DNA of 61,872 nt from Rotaria socialis (lineage: Eukaryota). Below are positions 54,800-61,872 of the stretch, in pieces. Numbering within the stretch: the stretch's first letter is position 1; each line of letters begins with the position of its first letter. A program made the translations under genes and the position numbers. The DNA lies in the NCBI GenBank assembly GCA_905331295.1, contig CAJNYD010000578.1:1-61872 (forward strand), in the 5' to 3' direction. Under the pieces are notes generated by a model. It saw only the letters and a program-made list of their open reading frames with translations. It was not told the origin of the DNA and made no database searches.

Positions 54800-56137
54800 C
54801 TACTCTTCTTCTTCTTCTTCTTCTTCTTCTTCACCACCATCATCATCATCTTCTTCTTCACCACCATCATCATCATCTTCTTCTTCTTCTACTATATTTT
54901 CAATATCAGCATCATCATCATCATCATCATCGTCTTCTTCATCTAAATAATTGATATCGTCTTCATCAACCCATACATCTTCTCCCATTTCATCCACCGC
55001 CAATTTTTTTATCGTCCATGCAATATTACATAATTTCTTATTTCCCATATAATCATAGGGCACATAACAATAACCCTTGTCACCCTAAGAGAGAATTTAA
55101 AAAATATACAATGAATGCAACGTATACATAGGCACCATACAGCTTACCCAACCTTTGCCCCACGAATTTCTTACAATGAATGCTTTTGATGAGTTACTAT
55201 AGCCAGATAAGAGAACAGCATGCCTATAATAAGAAAAATAACAATTGATTGTCCGTTGTAAAAAAATTAGTATAAGCGAAATTACGATAAAAATACGAGT
55301 CTTACCTGCCATGACTGTCACGGGAAGTTTCGTTCGCTTTGGGCATTGGAACCTTACCCTTTGCTTTGGCTTTGTCGAAGGACTTGTACAAATTGAGACT
55401 GACAATTATAGGAAATCCTTGAGCAAGACAAGATTTCATTTCATTTATATCAATATGGACTTGGAGTGCTTCAGTAATCGTATATTCTTCGGCTTCGCTA
55501 TAACATTGTTGGATAGGTTTAGCATTGACCTTTTTAATATCATATGGCCACAGTGATTCAAGGCACACACCTGACTCTTCCAAGCTTTCAACTGCATACT
55601 GAATGGCAGAACCTGTATCGGCGAGTTTTTGATTTTGCTTCAGACCCTTAAGACGGCTGTTGTAGTAGATGAAAAGACGACTAACATCAATTTGATTACC
55701 AGTTGATTTGTAGTTCAAGTATTCATAAGCTCCAGCCATGGCGTTTGCCGTGCTGAAAAGAACAAATATTTTCGGGAACAGAAATAGCAGTGCTCAATAA
55801 ATCCATTGAATATGATGTTTTTTTAAATAAATATGAATATATTCTGCTCACCAACTACTGATGCTTGATTGATTTTCGATCTCGGTCATCCATGGACGAA
55901 GATCAACTTTTTCTGGTAAATGTGATGGTGTATACTTAACGCATTGAGTGAAATCTTGCCGTAGACATTCTTTTTCAGGCATATAAGATGTTTCTTGGTC
56001 GCCATTGAGACGAAAACGTTGGCCAGTTTTTCGGTCTTGCAAGTAAGTTTGCGTGATTTTTCTTAATGAACTATTATTTGTTGCAAAATAAATATTCGCT
56101 TTCTTTGATTTGGCGAAACTTCCTACCTATGAGTCAT
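54800..56137 (-). CDS. Papain-family (C1A) cysteine protease, bacterial/xylellain-like type, with acidic C-terminal tail; 5 exons
   Basis: Spliced: MTHSSLRK...LPEKVDLRPWMTEIENQSSISSCTANAMAGAYEY...DVSRLFIYYNSR...DTGSAIQYAVESLEESGVCLESLWPYD...HGRHAVLLSGY...FIVRNSWGKGWGDKGYCYVPYDY. Catalytic Q/C/H/N are present; the catalytic Cys codon is split by an intron (TG|C). Confidence 0.92.
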
Positions 56138-57342
56138 TAAAGTGTAGGATTCAATTAGATTTGTAAATCAGTGATTGACTGAAAAAGGAAGATTTATATT
56201 GTACAGGCATAAATAGGGATTCTCTTTCGTAAGTTATATTTTTCAATAGGTTAGAAACGAATTCTCTATTAACAGTTATTATTTTCTACTTCAGTTTGAC
56301 ACTGTTTTCTGTAAAATAAAATCGATTATGGATTCACCGTTATCGTATATTATTTTAGATGGATAGAAAATAAGAAATGTCCGAGCAATTCATACATTTG
56401 ATATTGCAGATTAGTAAGACTTTGACACATCAAGAGGTGACATCCCTTTCTGCAAGAAATTCCGACACTTAGAAACGTTTTTTTCGTTCGACGCAAAAAA
56501 TATTAGTATTACGAATAAGGTGTACACAAGAATAATAAACAAAACAAAAATCTGAATTATCCATGCGTATACCTCATATACATGGTGTAGGGTAAAGAAA
56601 CGAGGTAATCCCCGATATGTAGGTAGCTGATTCAATAAGGAAAAAAATAGGTTGATACAATCGTGATCAAAAAATGAAATAAGTTATAAATAAACCGGCT
56701 TGATTTCTAGTGTCTATCCTTGTTTCTTCGAATGAACGATGTTTATTAAAACGATTTCTCTTGGCGTTAGTTTATTTCATTGACCTCTACATTTGAGTCT
56801 TTTGCCAATATTTAATTCGCTAGGCGTCCACATGAAATTTAGATGCCTATAAAAGTGAATTGAACTCGATATTGATCTTTTGTGCGATATGTTGTTTTCA
56901 ATAATTATTCAATTTGATAGATAATGTATTACTGGTAATAAAATTATTGAGGATTTGTAAAATAGGCGAAAAATGTCAATCGTCGATAAAGCAATCTGAT
57001 CATAATACCACCCACAATCGTCAGAAATTAGTCGATCGAACATGGTACTCATAGATTTGTCAGTTGCAAAAAAGAATCAAGTATCCTCATATAAAAACAA
57101 CAATACTTTGATGTTAGAGCAAAGGACAATGGGTCCCAAATTCATCTTAGAAAAATGTATCGGATACAGAACTCGTTTTGACAAAAACAAATAGCATTTT
57201 ACGAATAACATACTAAAAATTGAAGTTATTGTAAGATTTTTTTATTCTTAATGACATGTATCCTATTACATAAATAAAAATGGTATTATTTCTGCACGCC
57301 TCTTTCAAATGACGCTACTTGATTGTTGACCAATTAAGATAA

Positions 57343-58355
57343 TCAACTGCATATACGACCGAAAAATTCAAATATAGAAGAAAATATCTGATAGAGCGGT
57401 GGAACGATTCCAAAAACATATGGATAAAACAAACGAGTTTGCCCGTAAATACCAGCAGCTATAATTGCTTGAGCAGTTTTACGAACATCAGCAGCTAAAC
57501 AATGAAGATTTTTGTTGGTTTTTTTAAGTGCCTCGTCAGTGCCAATTAATCCAAGCATGGCTACAGTAGTTGTAACACGATTTTGATATGCTTCACATAT
57601 ACGAAGTTCACGAGAAAGATTCAAAAAGAAACCTTGAACTGCATGTTTAGTTGTACCTAAATTCAAGAGAAAGATATTTTGTTCGTAAATTCCAAATTTT
57701 CCAATGTTTACCATAAATAGTCGTTTGAGGAAATGGACAAGTGCCAGCTAATGAGGATACAGCAATAATTTGAGACGGCTGCCCGTCAGTTACGCTGCCA
57801 TCTAAATACGGAAGCGCCGCCATTGCTAAATGCATACACGAAATAAACCTGTGGTCATGTAAATTGAATTTTCTTACTCGTATTGAAATATCCAAAAAAA
57901 TTTACATTCATAAGATTTTTCATATTTTCTATATTAGTTTTAATATCACTGTCGAAAAATGGTTCATAAATTGCTGCAGTATGATTAAGTACAAGGATAT
58001 CAATACCTTGATAATATTTTACTGTTTGCTTAATAAGTTCAATACATGCTTGTTCTTTTGATGCATCGAATTCGACGCATTCAACTTGAGCTGCACCCAG
58101 TGAACGACATTGCTCTGCGACTTTATTCTTTAATATATCAATGCTACGTGCAGCTAATACTATACGACAATTATAACGTGCATACTCATAAGCTAATTCT
58201 TCGCCGATGCCACGCGATGCTCCAGTTATGATTACACGTTTATTTTTTAATTTTGCTGGTTTAATGGATGCGACATAGAAATATGTTTTATAGATGTAAT
58301 AGCTGAGTAGATATATGAAGAGAAAAAGTGCAACTGAAATCAGTATTTCAGCCAT
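57343..58355 (-). CDS. HSD11B1L: Short-chain dehydrogenase/reductase, 11beta-hydroxysteroid dehydrogenase 1-like; 3 exons
   Basis: N-terminal TM anchor, TGASRGIG Rossmann motif, LAARS, IDILVLNH, NVNFFGY, VSSLAG and spliced Y|GTTK (YxxxK). Confidence 0.85.
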
Positions 58356-59450
58356 GGTGTGAAATATGCTTATCTGTCACTCGAATAATGTTAGCTGTAT
58401 GTGACCGTCAACATTTCCAGTTCGTTTTTTTCTTCGCCTCTATCAATATTTACACACAACTTTCTAGAAAAAAGAGATTTTTTTTTATTTGTGTAACTCA
58501 TTTCGTCTCATCTCAAAGGTAAAATACATCTTATCCAATAGAATTCCCCAGATGTCATCTGCTCTTGTTAATTGTATACTAGCGACGATGTGACCAATAA
58601 AGATTTTGCTACAGAAAAATGTTGCGCGTTGCCAATCACTACAAGCCTCGAAAGAGTGTACGGTGTGCATACAGTAAAGACGCGTTATTTTCCACTACTA
58701 ATAGAGAACCATCAAAAATATTGTTTCTGTTTACAAATAATCGAACGAGTCTTTTTTTCTTCAGGCCACTTTCAATTAACATTTTTATTTGACTTGAATT
58801 GTCCAGCTATGGGCTATTTAAAGTTGTCCTAGATTTTAATTTTATCTATTACATTTATTTCTGTACTTAAACTTTCAAGCTAAAACAGTAGAAATATTCT
58901 ATTATCCAACACGAATTAATGGTTCATTACAGATCAATATGCCAGATTATACACTTGATTATAATAGAAAATCATAACCATAATTGTCGTATGTTTATGC
59001 TAATGTTAGTGTAATTATGATTGAAATCATTTTTGAAGTTGATTAACAAATATTAGGTCTAATAGATATATGTTGGCCTCTGTGGTAGTGCGAAAGAATA
59101 GGAAAAATAATATTGTATCGGCTGATAAAATTTTATATTAAGACACAACTGGCTGTCAAATCATCATCATCATTCGTTGATGAATCACATGAAATAACTG
59201 AAAAACAGACGCTCTATTGGTGAGCAATTTATGCATATATGTTTGCTTACGTATGTATTTCATGCATCGGTAGTCTTCTAGTGACAAAATAAAAATGATC
59301 GCATCTATGATAAAAACAAATGGAAAAAAACCCAATAAAACTAGGAGCAAAACATATTTATTCATACGGCAGTCATATCATCGTGAATACTTCATTAAAC
59401 AACAAAATCAACATATTTTTGTTGAAAAATATTTTCATATTAATAAACAC

Positions 59451-61513
59451 ATGGCTACAGCCAATAGTACAACTAGTTCGACGAGAACAGAGAACTATGA
59501 AACATTCTCTCTACTATGGCTGGATGGACAAGTCAATGCAACAGAAGAGAACAAACGTGCCCAAACGCGACTTCGTTCGATCATCAATTATCTTAAATTA
59601 TTTGAAAATCCCCAAGAGTGCCGACAATATATTAAGAACTGTTCTGAACAAGATCGGATTGTTCTTATCATCAGTGGTCGATTAAGCAAAGAATTAATTC
59701 CTCAAATTCATGAACTTCGACAACTCTCATCGGTCTATATCTATTGTAGACGTAAAAAGGAGTACAAAACTTGGGCGAAAGAGTTTCCTAAAGTATAAAG
59801 TTCTTCTTTCATTTGATAAATCAATATTCTTCATTAATTTATTTACAGATAAAACATATCGTTGTTCAACTTGATGATCTCGTTCAACGAATCAAAGAAG
59901 ATCAAAGAGATCTTGGAAAAACAGAAGACCCAATATCTATGAATATTTACAATGCTGCCAGTAATCCAGATAAATCAACAACTGAACTTAATGGTAGTTT
60001 TATTCATAATCTATTATTAATTGATGTTCTTGTTCGAATGCCATCGTTAGAAACTGATAAACACAGATTCGTTAAATCTTGTAAAGAAGACTATTCTGGC
60101 AATGAACAGATGTTACGTATCATTCGTGAATTTGACAATGACTATAAGCCAAGAAAAGCTCTATGGTGGTACACACGTGATATATTTATCTTCAATATGT
60201 TAAACAAAGCATTGCGAATACAAAATACGGACCGTTTATTATTATTTCATTTTATAATTCGTGACATTTATGAGCTAATAAAAGAAAATCAATGTCGAAA
60301 GCCGATAAAAGTTTATCGTTACCAGCGCATGTCGGCTGATGAATTAAGGAATCTTCAACGATCGATCGGTCAATATATCTCGATCAATTCATTCTTTTCG
60401 ACGTCGTCTAATCGTGATACAGCAATGAAGTTTTCGACATTATCAGCTGCTTCAAACGATTTGCATCGAATATTATATATCATTGATGCTGATCCTCGTG
60501 CAGTGAAATCGAAGCCATTTGCTGATATCAGTTCGCTCAGTTACTTTCCCAGCGAAAATGAAATATTATTTATGATTGGTTGTATATTTCGGTTGGTTAG
60601 TATTCATAGAGATGATATTGAAAATATCTGGATAGTTAAAATGGAATTAGCAGGAGATGATAACAATGATTTGAAGTCTCTTTTCTATCATTTAAAGAAA
60701 GACTATGCTGGCGAGGAAGCCGAAGCGGGTATGCAATCTGTTGGCAATGTACTCTATTATATGGGACAATATGATCAAGCAGAAAAAATATATTCCCGTC
60801 TGCGTGAAAGATGTTCTACCGATGATACTTCGTATCCTTACTTGTGTTTCTCACTTGCTATGTTATATAAAGATAGAAAAGATTACGCGCGCAGTTTAAA
60901 ATGGCTTGAAACAGCGTTAGAGAGGAAATTTCGGGCACCATCTATCGATAATATTTACATTGCTGGTCTGTATTGTTCTATCGGAAATATTCATTTGGAA
61001 AAGAAGGATTATAAAAAAGCGATGAAATTTTACAATCAATCAGGAGATTTCTACAAACGCGAAAATGCTTTGGATCATCCTGATGTATCTTCTTTGTATC
61101 ACGGTATCGCCCGTATGTACTATTATCAAAATCAATATTCAGAAGCATTTCATAATTTTCAACGATCATTGAATATTCAACAGAAATATTTGCCTGCTAA
61201 TCATCCAGATGTAGCTATAACCTACAGTAGCATAGGTGATGTTTTTCAGCATGCTGGACAATATCCACGTGCTATGGAAAATTACACACGATCGCTTGAG
61301 ATTCGAAAAAGATCACTACATCCTCAACATCCAGAAATAGCTGCGATTCATAAAATCATCGCTCAATTATATGAGGCAATGAGTAAATATAAAGAAGCTT
61401 TATATCATTATGAAAAAGCATCCAACATCTACTTTCCATCATTATCCAATAAACATCCGACTGTGATTGAACTCAAAAGCGATATTCAGCGTGTCACTTC
61501 AAAACTGAAATAA
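59451..61513 (+). CDS. Receiver-like domain + helical linker + NAD:arginine ADP-ribosyltransferase (R-S-E) domain + TPR repeats; 2 exons (intron 59793-59848), 668 aa
   Basis: Exon 1 is 59451-59792 and exon 2 is 59849-61513, in frame. ART motifs VYRYQ (R), SINSFFSTS (S-T-S) and YFPSENEILF (E-x-E). C-terminal kinesin-light-chain-type TPRs (e.g. LPANHPDVAITYSSIGDVFQHAGQYPRAMENYTRSLEIRKRSL). Confidence 0.92.
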
Positions 61514-61717
61514 TTAAATTTTTCATAGTCAGAATTCCAGCAATGCGTTCTCCAAAAGCTGTTCGTAAACGGTGTCAAATGAAATCAGAGTATTCAGTAT
61601 GAAAAAAAGATTTCATCTTTGCGGAAACATTAAATTGTAGTTTTTTTTTCGATTTTCAATGTAGTTGAAATACATGTTTTTATCTATTTGTTAATAATAT
61701 ATATATATATGTAGCAT

Positions 61718-61872
61718 CATAGGCGGCGCGCCAGCTATGTGAGGGGTATCAATTGCTACCCCTATGGAAATTTAAGGGTAGCAATAAAAAGTTATTGCTA
61801 CCCCTAATAATACACATTTCGATAATTGTTAGAAGAACGCTTATACACGATGAGCCTTGTTTTATTTTCTTC
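61718..61872. mobile_element. Left end of a hAT-like non-autonomous element (runs off the window)
   Basis: Begins cataggcgg, the same terminus as the 52582 element, followed by subterminal ggggtatcaattgctacccct / agggtagcaa / ttgctacccct repeats. Confidence 0.6.

Noticed and set aside
54307..54876. ORFs 54307-54648, 54371-54592 and 54640-54876
   Set aside because: Read-throughs of the 54442 MITE and an alternative frame of the protease's microsatellite tail.
59295..59450. N-terminal extension of the ART-TPR ORF from ATG 59295
   Set aside because: The paralogue starts at a position equivalent to ATG 59451, and the extension shows no similarity to it; likely 5' UTR or promoter.

Overview
AT-rich, intron-dense animal genomic DNA with many ~45-60 nt GT-AG introns. 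The gene families and repeats are most consistent with a bdelloid rotifer (inferred, not shown). The left half is one giant minus-strand gene (5088-36951) for a nesprin-1/MSP-300-like protein with tandem N-terminal CH domains and long spectrin-repeat-like helical exons. It has no recognisable KASH tail, carries a candidate 27-nt microexon, and has MITE/hAT/Helentron-like insertions in its long introns. The right half is accessory-like: an intronless FLVCR/SLC49-type MFS transporter, a ZnT1-like zinc exporter with a His-rich N-terminus, a two-TM orphan gene, a stop-interrupted six-cysteine secreted peptide next to a hAT-type insertion, a bacterial-type papain (C1A) protease that has introns, and an 11beta-HSD1-like SDR. 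Two divergently oriented paralogues of a receiver-like + R-S-E ADP-ribosyltransferase + TPR gene bracket the last four of these: one intact (59451-61513) and one pseudogenised (46301-48288). This ART-TPR family and its neighbourhood is the best candidate for an under-described defence or signalling system. All calls come from manual reading and motif recognition; no searches were run.
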